Assembly: GCA_963724515.1 (NCBI GenBank)
Contig: CAVRUU010000003.1
Location: 450,724-514,723 of the forward strand
Direction of reading: 5' to 3'
Length of the DNA: 64,000 nucleotides
Source of the DNA: Candidatus Eiseniibacteriota bacterium
GTDB taxonomy: Bacteria; Eisenbacteria; RBG-16-71-46; SZUA-252
In this document: piece after piece, positions 51,491 through 61,270 of the stretch
How positions within the stretch are numbered: the stretch's first letter is position 1
Layout of the letters: each line of letters begins with the position of its first letter
Notes under the pieces: generated by a model
Databases searched by the model: none
Seen by the model: only the letters and a program-made list of their open reading frames with translations
What the model was told of the DNA's origin: nothing
Position numbers and translations under genes: made by a program

Positions 51491-52603
51491 ATGCAACGAG
51501 TCCGGGCTTCCTGCTCGCTCCTCGCGGCCCTTCTCCTTCTCTTCGCGGTATCCGGCGCCCACGCCGAGCTGACGCCCGGCACCCCGGCGCCCGATTTCAC
51601 GGGCAAGAAGGTCTGGCTCAACGGCGGGCCGCTCTCGCTCCAGAAGGAGCTGAAGGGCAAGGTGGTCCTCGTCGATTTCTGGGAGTACACCTGCATCAAC
51701 TGCATCCGCACGCTCCCTACCCTCAAGCGCATCTACTCCCGGTACAAGCCCTATGGGTTCGAGATCATAGGCGTTCACGCGCCCGAGTTCGATTTCGCCT
51801 ACAAACCGGCAAACGTCGCGATCGGGACCAAGCGGCAGCAAATCCCCTGGCCGGTGGTCGTCGACAGCGATTTTTCGATCTGGCGCGCCTACGACAGCAA
51901 TTCCTGGCCGAACAAGTTCCTGATCGGCTCCAGGGGAATCATCGCACGCCAGCATGCGGGCGAGGGAGCCTACGCGGAGCTGGAGCGGCAAATCCGGGAA
52001 GAGATCCAGAGGGCGAAGCCGAATGTGACGTTCCCCGCCGCGTGGGTCATCCCCCCCGACACGGACGACTTCAACCCGAGCCGCTGCGGCGCGGTTTCGC
52101 AGGAGACCTACGTGGGGACGAATCGGGGATCGCTCTGGGGCGGCGAGATCGCAAACCGGGAAGGACTCCAGCCGGGGAAGACCGTCCTCTATTCCAGCGC
52201 GCCGCGCCAGGTGAGGCGCGGATTCTTCGCGCACGGACTCTGGAAGAACAACCCCGACGACTTCGAACACGCGCGGAGCACCGCGCAACCCGCCGACTAC
52301 GTCGGGATGGGCTATCGCGGAAGTGAAGTCTACGTGGTCATGAATCTCAAGCGGGGCGTTTCATCGCGGGTCTACGTGACGCGCGACCGGAAGCCTGTTC
52401 CCGCCGCCCGCCGCGGCGTGGATGTGGCGGCCGACCCGCGGGGCCGTACCTACATCGACGTGCGCGAGGGGCGGATGTACTATGCGATCCAGGGGGAGGA
52501 CATGGGGCCCCACGAGCTCCGCCTCTCCCCGACCGAAGCGGGCGTCGCGATCAACTCCTTCACCTTCGGAAACCGCTGCCTGACCAAGTTCGACAGGCTC
52601 TAA
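51491..52603 (+). CDS. Secreted thioredoxin-fold (redoxin, DipZ C-terminal-like) protein with C-terminal beta-rich domain
   Basis: Signal peptide MQRVRASCSLLAALLLLFAVSGAHA. Redoxin domain with WEYTCINCIRTLP (CxxC). About 200-aa C-terminal extension. Only the last 370 codons of track ORF 49310..52603 are credible. Confidence 0.7.
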   Translation: MQRVRASCSLLAALLLLFAVSGAHAELTPGTPAPDFTGKKVWLNGGPLSLQKELKGKVVLVDFWEYTCINCIRTLPTLKRIYSRYKPYGFEIIGVHAPEFDFAYKPANVAIGTKRQQIPWPVVVDSDFSIWRAYDSNSWPNKFLIGSRGIIARQHAGEGAYAELERQIREEIQRAKPNVTFPAAWVIPPDTDDFNPSRCGAVSQETYVGTNRGSLWGGEIANREGLQPGKTVLYSSAPRQVRRGFFAHGLWKNNPDDFEHARSTAQPADYVGMGYRGSEVYVVMNLKRGVSSRVYVTRDRKPVPAARRGVDVAADPRGRTYIDVREGRMYYAIQGEDMGPHELRLSPTEAGVAINSFTFGNRCLTKFDRL

Positions 52604-52626
52604 CCGCCCAACGCCGACTGGTTCTA

Positions 52627-52670
52627 GGGGTGCCGGTGTATCCCTAGGTACCATGGGGCCCCGGCACCCT
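52627..52670 (+). promoter_or_regulatory. Stem-loop (9-10 bp GC stem) between the thioredoxin-like gene and the heme operon; possible terminator or leader structure
   Basis: ggggtgccgg (52627-52636) pairs with ccggcaccc(t) (52661-52670). The 24-nt loop contains a second imperfect palindrome centred on ggtacc. There is no U-tract after it. Confidence 0.3.
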
Positions 52671-52730
52671 TGAAAACCGGCCGCATCCAAGCGAGAATAA
52701 CCCACCGGTCGAGGAGCCGGGCACCCACAC

Positions 52731-53552
52731 ATGCAATTTCTCGTACCTCTTCTAACTACCTTACTGCCGGTACTTTACGCGCTGTCGGTGGCCGCCTACG
52801 CGCGCGCCTACGCGCGCGAGGGAGGCGCTTCCGACCGCTGGGGCCCGATCGCGCTCCGCGCGGCCGTCCTGGTCCACATCCTCTACCTCTCGGTCCGGGG
52901 AGTGCTCGAAGGGCACCTCCCCCTCACGTCGGTCTACGATTTTCTCTCCGCCACCGGGCTTTCCATGGCGGCGGTCTATCTCTACGTCGAGTCGCGGGAA
53001 GGAGTCCGAACGACGGGCGTCTTCGTGCTCCCCTTCGTCTTCCTGATCCAGATCGTATCGTCGGCGTATGGAGGCAAGGTGACACCCGAGCCCGTGCCGC
53101 TCAAGCCGATCTGGTTCGAGCTCCACACGCTGACCGCGGTCCTGGGCTATAGCGCGTTCGCCGTCTCGGCGATCTACGGCATCCTCTTTCTGCTGCTCTA
53201 CCGGGACATCAAGGCCAACCGCTTCTCGTTCTTCTTCGGCCGCATGCCGCCGCTCGAAGCGCTCGGCCAGATGAACATCCGCGCGGCGGAGGGAGGACTC
53301 GCGCTCCTGACGCTGGCGATCGCGCTCGGGGTGGGATGGCTGAAGCGCACCGGGGCCGGCACGCTGGGAGATCCGAAGATCTGGCTCACCGTATTCGTGT
53401 GGTGCATCTTCGCCTTCGCGGTGCTGGCGTATCACCGGTTCGGCTGGCGTGGCCCGCGCGCCATCTACATGTCTCTCGTCGGATTCACGACGCTGCTCCT
53501 GTCGCGGGTGGCGGTGGATCTCTTCTTCCACTCGTTCCACTCGTTCCGGTAG
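52731..53552 (+). CDS. CcsA/HemX-family (cytochrome c assembly protein family) membrane protein
   Basis: 273-aa ORF, about 8 TM segments. Degenerate tryptophan-rich region GAGTLGDPKIWLTVFVWCIF in place of the CcsA WGxxWxWDPKETW motif. It sits directly before hemA, comparable to hemX of the Bacillus hemAXCDBL operon. Confidence 0.6.
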   Translation: MQFLVPLLTTLLPVLYALSVAAYARAYAREGGASDRWGPIALRAAVLVHILYLSVRGVLEGHLPLTSVYDFLSATGLSMAAVYLYVESREGVRTTGVFVLPFVFLIQIVSSAYGGKVTPEPVPLKPIWFELHTLTAVLGYSAFAVSAIYGILFLLLYRDIKANRFSFFFGRMPPLEALGQMNIRAAEGGLALLTLAIALGVGWLKRTGAGTLGDPKIWLTVFVWCIFAFAVLAYHRFGWRGPRAIYMSLVGFTTLLLSRVAVDLFFHSFHSFR

Positions 53553-53557
53553 CCATC

Positions 53558-54880
53558 GTGACCTCCAAAGCGGGGCTCGCTTCCCTCGACTTCCTCTGCG
53601 TCGGTCTCAACCACGAGACCTCGCCGCTCGAGATCCGCGACGCCCTCGTCATGAACGAGGCGGAGGTCGGACGCGCGATCCAGGTCCTTCGCGACCGCGG
53701 GGGCGCCGACGAGGCGCTGATCCTCTCGACGTGCAACCGGACCGAGATCTACGCCCGCGGGGCTTCGGTCTCCGATCTGGCCCGCTTCGTGAACGACCTC
53801 CTTCGCGAGATCAAGGGGATGGACCTGGGAGCGAGAGGCCACAGGCTGTACGCCTACCGCGAGCCCGACTCGGTCCGTCATCTCTTCCGCGTCGCGTGCG
53901 GGCTCAATTCCCAGGTTCTGGGCGAGCCCCAGATCATCGGACAGGTGAAGGACGCGCTCATCCTCGCCGCGCGGTCGGGGGGCTCGGGGCCGGTCACCGA
54001 GCGGCTCCTGGACGCGGCTCTCCGGTGCGCAAAGCGCTCGCGCACCGACACCGGAATCGGACGGGGTCCGATCTCCTCCGTGTACGCCGGCGTCAACCTC
54101 GCGTCCAAGGTCCTCGGAGGCCTCCCGTCGAAGCGCGTGCTCCTGATCGGCTCGGGCAAGATGACCGGGCTTTCGATGTGCCACCTCATGGACGCCGGGG
54201 TCCGGGAGTTCACGATCGCGGCGCGAAACCGCGAGCGGGCGGAGTCGCTGGCGGGCCGGGGGCCCGCTGTGCGCGTCGTGAGCCTCGAGGCGATCCCGGT
54301 CGTGCTCCCGGGCGCCGACATCGTCGTGTGCGCGACCGCGGCGCCCGGCTACATGATCCTCGAGCCGACCGTGCGCGCGGCGATGAAGATCCGAAAGAAC
54401 CGCCCGCTGCTTCTTCTCGACCTCGCCGTGCCGCGCGACGTGGACCCTGCCGCGGCCAGGCTCCCCAACGTGTTCCTGCACGATCTGGACGCCCTGGCGG
54501 CGATCGTGGCGCAGAGCCTGGAGCAGCGCCGCGCCGAGATTCCCAAGGTCGAGGCCATCGTCGACGACGAGGTGAGCCGGTTCCTGCGATGGTACCGTTC
54601 GCTGGAGATCAAGCCGACCGTCACCGCGTTCCGCGGCCATTTCGAGCGGATCGCGCAGGAGGAGCTGGAGCGCCACCGCGGACGGTTCCGGCCCGAGGAC
54701 CATCCGGCGCTCGAGTCGCTCACGCGCTCCATCGTGCAGAAGCTGCTCCACCGGCCGACGACGCGGCTCAGCCGCGCCGACGAGGACGAGAGCGAGGGCC
54801 TGCGACGCGTCGACGCGGTGCGCGACCTGTTCGGAATCGAGCGCGAGGAGGAGTCCGATGAGGATCGGAACGCGCGGTAG
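53558..54880 (+). CDS. hemA: Glutamyl-tRNA reductase
   Basis: Starts VTSKAGLASLDFLCVGLNHETSPLEIRD. LSTCNRTEIY (catalytic Cys), NADPH fold LLIGSGKMTG. GTG 53558 is 5 nt after the upstream stop. The track ORF extension to 53336 is rejected. Confidence 0.9.
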   Translation: MTSKAGLASLDFLCVGLNHETSPLEIRDALVMNEAEVGRAIQVLRDRGGADEALILSTCNRTEIYARGASVSDLARFVNDLLREIKGMDLGARGHRLYAYREPDSVRHLFRVACGLNSQVLGEPQIIGQVKDALILAARSGGSGPVTERLLDAALRCAKRSRTDTGIGRGPISSVYAGVNLASKVLGGLPSKRVLLIGSGKMTGLSMCHLMDAGVREFTIAARNRERAESLAGRGPAVRVVSLEAIPVVLPGADIVVCATAAPGYMILEPTVRAAMKIRKNRPLLLLDLAVPRDVDPAAARLPNVFLHDLDALAAIVAQSLEQRRAEIPKVEAIVDDEVSRFLRWYRSLEIKPTVTAFRGHFERIAQEELERHRGRFRPEDHPALESLTRSIVQKLLHRPTTRLSRADEDESEGLRRVDAVRDLFGIEREEESDEDRNAR

Positions 54881-55778
54881 CGCGCTCGCCCTGGCACAGA
54901 GCGAGCAGGTGCGCGCGTCGCTTCCCGGCGGGCCGCGTGACCACCGGCTCGTCGTGATCAAGACCTCGGGCGACCTCAACCCGAACGCGTCCCTTTCGCG
55001 GATCGGCGGCAAGGGTGTGTTCACGAAGGAGCTGGAGGAAGCCCTTCTCCGAGACGAGATCGACCTCGCGGTGCATTCCCTCAAGGACCTCCCCACCGAC
55101 GAGCGCCCGGGGATTCGCCTCGGCGCGCTCCTCCTCCGGGAAGATCCCCGGGACGCGCTGGTGAGCCGCGACGGGCTCTCCTTCGAGCGGCTGCGCTCGG
55201 GCGCATCGATCGGGACCTCCTCGCTGAGGCGCCGTTCGCAGGTTCTCGCGCACCGTCCCGATCTCCGCGTTCAGGAATTGCGCGGGAACGTGCCGACCCG
55301 GCTCGCGAGGCTCGAGGAGGGACGCCTGGACGCGATCATCGTGGCGGCCGCCGGCCTGATCCGCCTGAAGCTCATGGACCGTGCCACGCAGGTGTTCGAG
55401 GAGTCGTTGATGCTCCCCGCCCCCGGCCAGGGAGTTCTCGCGATCCAGATCCGCGCCGGCGACGCTGCCGCGCAGGCCGCGATCGCGCCGCTCCACGACA
55501 CCGTCTCGGCCGCGGAAGCCACCGCCGAGCGGGCGCTTCTCGAAGGGCTCGGTGGCGGCTGCCTGGTCCCGGTCGGGGCGCGGGCGCGCGCGAAGAACGG
55601 AACGCTGGAATTGAACGCGTTCGTGGGCCATCCGGAGGGCCGCCCGTCGATTCGCATGAACGCGTCGGGGCCGATCGCCACTCCAGCCGATCTCGGCCGC
55701 GCGCTGGCCGTCACCATGCTCGGGCAGGGAGCGCGGCCCATCCTGGACGAGGTGCGAAGCGAGGAGCGTTTCCCATGA
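54858..55778 (+). CDS. hemC: Hydroxymethylbilane synthase (porphobilinogen deaminase)
   Basis: MRIGTRGSALALAQSE ..., IKTSGD, HSLKDLP, GTSSLRR, GGCLVPVGA (cofactor Cys). Overlaps the hemA end by 23 nt. Confidence 0.9.
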   Translation: MRIGTRGSALALAQSEQVRASLPGGPRDHRLVVIKTSGDLNPNASLSRIGGKGVFTKELEEALLRDEIDLAVHSLKDLPTDERPGIRLGALLLREDPRDALVSRDGLSFERLRSGASIGTSSLRRRSQVLAHRPDLRVQELRGNVPTRLARLEEGRLDAIIVAAAGLIRLKLMDRATQVFEESLMLPAPGQGVLAIQIRAGDAAAQAAIAPLHDTVSAAEATAERALLEGLGGGCLVPVGARARAKNGTLELNAFVGHPEGRPSIRMNASGPIATPADLGRALAVTMLGQGARPILDEVRSEERFP

Positions 55779-56548
55779 ACCCGCTCTTCTTTCTCACGCG
55801 CGTGGATCCGATCGATGACGCCCTCGCGTATCAGGCTTCCGAGATGGGGTTCGTCGTGGTGCGGGAATCGCTGCTCGAGACCGAATCCGGCGTGGATGGC
55901 CGGTGGCTCGAGGAACACCTCGCGGGAATCCCCGAGGGCGCGGGGCTGGCCTGGACCAGCCGCCGCGCGGCGGAGGTGCTCGCCGGCGCGTTGCCCGCCC
56001 TTCGCGAGCGTCTCGAGCGCGTCCCCATGTACGCCGTCGGGGAAGACAGCGCATCACCGATCCGCCGGGCCGGCTTCTCGCCCCACGTTCCCCCAAAGCC
56101 GGTCGGCGCGGCCGAGCTGGCGCGATTCATCGCGGAGCGAGCGGCCGGCGACCGCTTGCGGCGTGTGATATTCCTTCACGGCAACCGGTCGCTCTCCGAT
56201 CTTCCGGACGGGCTCAGGGCGCGAGGGATCGACGTGGAATTTCTCGAGGTCTACCGGACGCGTTTTCTGGCGCCCGATTTCGGCGGACTGGACGTGGCAC
56301 TGCGGGAGGGCGCCGCGGTCATCGTCGCGTTCTTCAGCCCATCCGGCGTGGAAGCGTTCGAGCGCCTGCTCTCCCCGGACTCGTGCGCCCGGTTCCGCGA
56401 GCGCACGCTCGCGATCGCCCGGGGGCTCACCACGGCCTCGGCACTCCACGAGCGCGGCTACCGGAACGCGCTCGCATTCGAGCCCTCGGCGCCATTCGCC
56501 CACTATGCGCAGAAGGCGCTTCAAGCGACCTCGGGAGATACCCCATGA
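55775..56548 (+). CDS. hemD: Uroporphyrinogen-III synthase
   Basis: 257-aa ORF of HemD size and position between hemC and hemB. Two-lobe pattern with TSRRAAE and FFSPSGVEAF motifs. ATGA overlaps at both ends. Confidence 0.75.
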   Translation: MNPLFFLTRVDPIDDALAYQASEMGFVVVRESLLETESGVDGRWLEEHLAGIPEGAGLAWTSRRAAEVLAGALPALRERLERVPMYAVGEDSASPIRRAGFSPHVPPKPVGAAELARFIAERAAGDRLRRVIFLHGNRSLSDLPDGLRARGIDVEFLEVYRTRFLAPDFGGLDVALREGAAVIVAFFSPSGVEAFERLLSPDSCARFRERTLAIARGLTTASALHERGYRNALAFEPSAPFAHYAQKALQATSGDTP

Positions 56549-57528
56549 GCTTCCCCGCGACCCGCATGCGACGCCTCCGCGCGAGCGAGGCGCTGCGCTC
56601 GCTCGTCCGGGAAACCTCGCTCACGCCGGGGAGCCTCGTGGCGCCGCTCTTCGTCTGCCACGGAGAGCGCGTGAGCCGGCCGATCGCATCGATGCCGGGG
56701 CACGCCCAGATCTCGGTGGACCTCGCGGTGGAGAAGGCGAAGAAGGCGGCACTGCTCGGGATCGGAGGGCTCATTCTCTTCGGCATCCCCGCCCGGAAAG
56801 ACCCGGAGGGGCGCGAGGCCTACGACCCCGAGGGAATCGTTCCTCGGACGCTCCGCGCGATCAAGGCGGAGGAGCCGGAGCTGCTCCTCTGGGCCGACGT
56901 CTGTCTGTGCGAGTACACCGATCACGGGCACTGCGGCGTCGTGAAGGACGGCGCCGTCGACAACGACCGCACCCTGCCGCTCCTCGCGCGCGCCGCGGTG
57001 GCCTACGCCAAGGCCGGCGCCGACATCATCGCGCCGAGCGACATGATGGACGGACGCGTGGGGGCGCTCCGGAAATCGCTCGACGAGGCATCTCTCCGGG
57101 ACACGCCGATCGTCGCCTACTCGGCGAAGTACGCGAGCGGGTTCTACGGGCCGTTCCGGGAGGCCGCCGAATCGGCGCCTCGGTTCGGGGACCGGCGCGG
57201 CTATCAGATGGATCCGGCCAACTCGGACGAGGCGCTCCGGGAAGTCGCGCTCGATCTCGAGGAAGGCGCGGACATGGTGATGGTGAAACCCGCGCTACCC
57301 TACCTCGACGTGATCCGCCGCGTGAAGGACCGGTTCCAGGTCCCGGTGGTCGCCTACAATGTCTCCGGCGAGTACGCGATGATCAAGGCGGCCGCCCAGC
57401 TCGGCTGGCTCGACGGCGAGCGCTGTGCGCTGGAGTCGCTGACCGCGATCCGGCGCGCCGGCGCCGACGTCATCATCACCTACTTCGCGGAAGAGCTGGC
57501 GCCGCTCCTGGGCAGGAACAAGAAGTGA
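56545..57528 (+). CDS. hemB: Porphobilinogen synthase (delta-aminolevulinate dehydratase)
   Basis: MSFPATRMRRLRASEALRSLVRETSL, metal-site CLCEYTDHGHCG, active-site lysines in VMVKP and SAKYAS contexts. 327 aa, intact. Confidence 0.9.
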   Translation: MSFPATRMRRLRASEALRSLVRETSLTPGSLVAPLFVCHGERVSRPIASMPGHAQISVDLAVEKAKKAALLGIGGLILFGIPARKDPEGREAYDPEGIVPRTLRAIKAEEPELLLWADVCLCEYTDHGHCGVVKDGAVDNDRTLPLLARAAVAYAKAGADIIAPSDMMDGRVGALRKSLDEASLRDTPIVAYSAKYASGFYGPFREAAESAPRFGDRRGYQMDPANSDEALREVALDLEEGADMVMVKPALPYLDVIRRVKDRFQVPVVAYNVSGEYAMIKAAAQLGWLDGERCALESLTAIRRAGADVIITYFAEELAPLLGRNKK

Positions 57529-58833
57529 AGACTGGCACCCGGCCGAGAACGAAGGAGAGCGAGGCGATCCACGATCGCGCCCTCGGTCTTTTCCCCGGAG
57601 GCGTGAACTCTCCGGTGCGGGCGTTCAAGGCCGTGGGGGGAAACCCGCGCGTCATCGTATCGGCGCGCGGGGCCTATCTCACCGATGCGGACCAGAACGA
57701 GCTCCTCGACTACGTGCTCGGCTGGGGACCGATGCTCCTCGGACACGCGCATCCCGCCGTCGTCGAAGCGGTGGAGCGGCAGCTCCGGGCCGGCGTGCTC
57801 TTCGGAATGTCGAACCCGCTCGAGGTGGCGCTGGCCGAGCGCGTGCGCCGCTTCTACCCCGCCGCCGAGCGGCTGCGGTTCGTCGTGTCCGGGACCGAGG
57901 CGACCATGGCCGCGATCCGCGTCGCGCGCGCCGCGACCAAGCGGGACGCGATCGTGAAGCTCGACGGTTGCTACCACGGCCACGCCGATTCCTTTCTCAT
58001 ACGCGGAGGGTCGGGGCTCCAGACGTTCGGCGTGCCCGACTCGGCCGGCATTCCGGCTTCGATCGCCTCGGAGACGCGGGTCGCCTCCTTCAACGACCTC
58101 GGGTCCATCGAAACGGCCTTTGCGCGAGAGCCGGGCAGGATCGCCGCGGTGATCCTCGAGCCGGTCCTCGGAAACATGGGTGTGATCCCGCCCCGGGCGG
58201 ACTTCCTTCCGGGCTTGCGGAAGCTCTGCGACCATCACGGCGCGCTCCTCGTCTTCGACGAGGTGATGACGGGATTCCGCGCCGCGCGCGGAGGCGCCGC
58301 GGAGCGCTACGGCATCAAGCCGGATCTGGTCACGCTCGGCAAGGTGATCGGCGGAGGGCTCCCCGTCGCGGCCTTCGGGGGCCGTGCCGATCTCATGAAG
58401 CTCGTGGCACCGGAGGGCCCTGTCTACCAGGCCGGGACCTACGCGGGCCATCCGCTCGCGATGGCCGCCGGAGACGCGACCCTCGAGGCGCTCGAGAAGG
58501 ACGCCGGCACGTTCCGCCGGGTCGAGGCGCGCACGGGGCTTCTGGCCGCGGGGCTCCGGGAGATCCTGACGCGCCGCAAGGTGCGCGGCGTCGTGAACGC
58601 GGTCGGATCGATGTGGACGCTCTACTTCGGCGTCGATGAAGTCTCCTCCGCGGAGGAGGCGAGGCGCGCCGACGTCAAGGCGTACGCGCGTTTCTTCCAG
58701 GGCCATGCTGGAGCGCGGCATCTTCCTTCCGCCGTCGGCATTCGAGAGCGCCTTCTTCTCGGACGCTCACGGCGAGGCGGAGATCGACCGGACGCTCGAG
58801 GCCGCCGAAGAGTCGATCGGGGGCGACGAATGA
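57525..58833 (+). CDS. hemL: Glutamate-1-semialdehyde 2,1-aminomutase; one frame disruption
   Basis: GTG 57525 overlaps the hemB stop (GTGA). [40 protein letters not shown] (PLP Lys). The C-terminus [22 protein letters not shown] is in ORF 58636..58833. The junction is at 58702-58704 (FFQG|MLERG, extra C). Span length is 3n+1. Confidence 0.85.
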
Positions 58834-59889
58834 CACAGGGACCGTCGCTGGCTCCGGCCTACTCCTTTCTCCGCGCGTGCCGCAACGAGCCGATCGGCGA
58901 GACCCCGATCTGGATCATGCGCCAGGCGGGCCGTTACCTTCCCGAATACCGGGCCGTCCGGGAGAAGCACCCGTTCCTCGAGATCTGCCGCACGCCGGAG
59001 CTCTGCGCGGAGGTGACCGCGCAGCCGGTCGAGCGGTTCGGCTTCGACGCGGCGATTCTCTTCTCGGACATCCTGGTTCCTCTCATCGCGATGGGTGTCC
59101 CGATCGAGTTCGACCCCGGGCCGAAGCTCGGCACCCGCATCACTCATCGCCGCGACATCGCGGCACTCCAGTGGGGCGGCCCCGCTTCGGTCCCGCACAT
59201 CCGGCCGGTGATCCGGGCGGTCCGGGAGCGACTCCATGGAGGCGTGCCTCTGATCGGGTTCGCGGGAGCGCCTTTCACGCTGGCCGCCTACCTCGTGGAC
59301 GGCGGCGGATCGAAGGACCTCGTGTCGACGAGGAGTTTCATGGCCCGGGACGACGCGCGGCTTCGCGGAGCTGCTCGACGTGCTCGCGGTCGCGACGATC
59401 GATTTCTTGAAGGAGCAGATCGCGGCGGGAGTGGACGCGGTGATGCTCTTCGACACGCAGGCGGGCTGGCTCCCGCCGGGCGAGTTCGCCCGCTCCGCCG
59501 CGTCGGCCGCCGACCGCGTGCTTCGCTCCATTCCGAAGTCGACCCCGTCGATCTACTTCGCGCTCGCCTCCTCGAACGGGCAGCTCGACGCAATGCGCGC
59601 CATCCACGCCGACGTGATCGGGCTGGACTACCGCGTCTCCCTGAGCCAGGCGCGCGCGATCCTGGGCAGCTCCCGCAGCGTCCAGGGAAACCTCGACCCC
59701 GCCGTGCTCATGGGTCCACCGGAGCAGGTGGTGGCGCGCGCGGAGGCGGTTCTCCGCGAAAACGGCGGCCGTCCCGGGTTCATCTTCAATCTGGGTCACG
59801 GCATCTATCCCGAGACGCCCGTCGAGAACGTGGCGCTCCTCGTGGACACGGTGAAGCGGCATCGCAATCCGGGGAGGAGGGTCCAGTGA
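58830..59889 (+). CDS. hemE: Uroporphyrinogen decarboxylase; one frame disruption
   Basis: ATG 58830 overlaps the hemL stop. [27 protein letters not shown]. The second half ([35 protein letters not shown] ... NLGHGI) is in ORF 59380..59889. The junction is near 59358. Span length is 3n+1. Confidence 0.85.
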
Positions 59890-61270
59890 CCTCTTCCGTC
59901 ACCGCGGATCTCCTCGCCAAATACGACCGCCCTGGCCCGCGCTACACATCGTATCCAACCGCGGTCGAGTTCCACGAGGGATTCACGCCGGAGAGCTACC
60001 TCGCGAAGCTGGACGAGGCCGCGGCAGCCCCGGACGAGCCGCTCTCGGTCTATGTGCATCTGCCGTTCTGCCGCGAGCGGTGCACCTTCTGCGGCTGCAA
60101 CGTGATCATCTCGCAGAAGCCGGGAGTCGCGGCGGAATACATCGCGGATCTGGAAGAGGAGATCGCGCTCGTCGCCGACCGCCTCGGGAAGCGCACGCGT
60201 CTCGTCCAGTACCACTGGGGGGGCGGCACGCCCACGTATCTCACCGAGAGCGAGATCGAGCGGGTCTGGAACGCACTCGCCGGACGGTTCACCTTCGAGC
60301 CGGGCGCCGAGATCGCGATCGAGGTAGATCCCCGCGTGACGACCCACCGCGCAGGCGGAGCTCCTCCGCAAGCTCGGGTTCAACCGGATCTCGATGGGCG
60401 TGCAGGATTTCGATTCCGAGGTCCAGGAGGCGGTCAACCGCTACCAGACGTTCAACCAGACCAAGGACATCCACGAATACCTGCGCGGGCTCGGCGTCGA
60501 GTCGATCAACTTCGATTTCATCTACGGGCTCCCCCACCAGACGCCGGCGTCGTTTCGGAAGACGCATCCAGCTTGCGCTGGAGCTTCGGCCGGACCGGGT
60601 AGCCGTCTATTCCTACGCGTTCGTCCCCTGGATCAAGGCGCATCAGAAGGCGATCCATCCCGAGGATCTCCCGCCGCGCGAGGTGAAGCTCGAGCTCTTC
60701 GGGATCGCGCACGAGCTCTTCACGGGAGCGGGGTACCAGCAGATCGGAATGGACCACTTCGCGCTGGAGAGCGATTCTCTGGCGCGCGCGGCGCGCGAGC
60801 ACACCCTCCACCGCAATTTCATGGGTTATACGACGCACCCGGCCAAGGACTCCGTGGGGTTCGGCGTCTCGGCCATCGGCGATCTGGGTGGGGCGTTCGC
60901 GCAGAACACGAAGAAGCTCAACCGCTACCGGGACGCGCTCGGCGCCGGCCGGCCGCCCATCGAGCGCGGCTTTGCGCGCAGCAAGGACGACGAGATCCGC
61001 CGCGACGTGATCCAGAGCCTCATGTGCAACTTCTTCCTCGACGTCCGCGCGATCGAGCGCTCGCACGGCATCGACTTCGCCTCCTACTTCGCGGAATCGC
61101 TCCGGGATCTGGACCAGGGTCCGGCGACGAACGGGTTCGTCACGCGCTCCGCCTCCGCCATCGAGGTCACCGAGCGCGGGCGCCTGTTCGTGCGGAACGT
61201 CTGCATGGCGTTCGACGCCTATCTGAAGCGTCATGAGGGCGAGAAACAGGTTTTCTCGCGCACCGTCTGA
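59886..61270 (+). CDS. hemN: Oxygen-independent coproporphyrinogen III oxidase (radical SAM); two frame disruptions
   Basis: GTG 59886 overlaps the hemE stop. Radical-SAM CRERCTFCGC, GGGTPT. The middle segment LGFNRISMGVQDFDSEVQEAVNRYQ is in the ORF 60394 frame. The tail RPDRVAVYSYAFVPW ... RNFMGYT is in the ORF 60080..61270 frame. Junctions are near 60342 and 60565. Span length is 3n+2. Confidence 0.85.
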
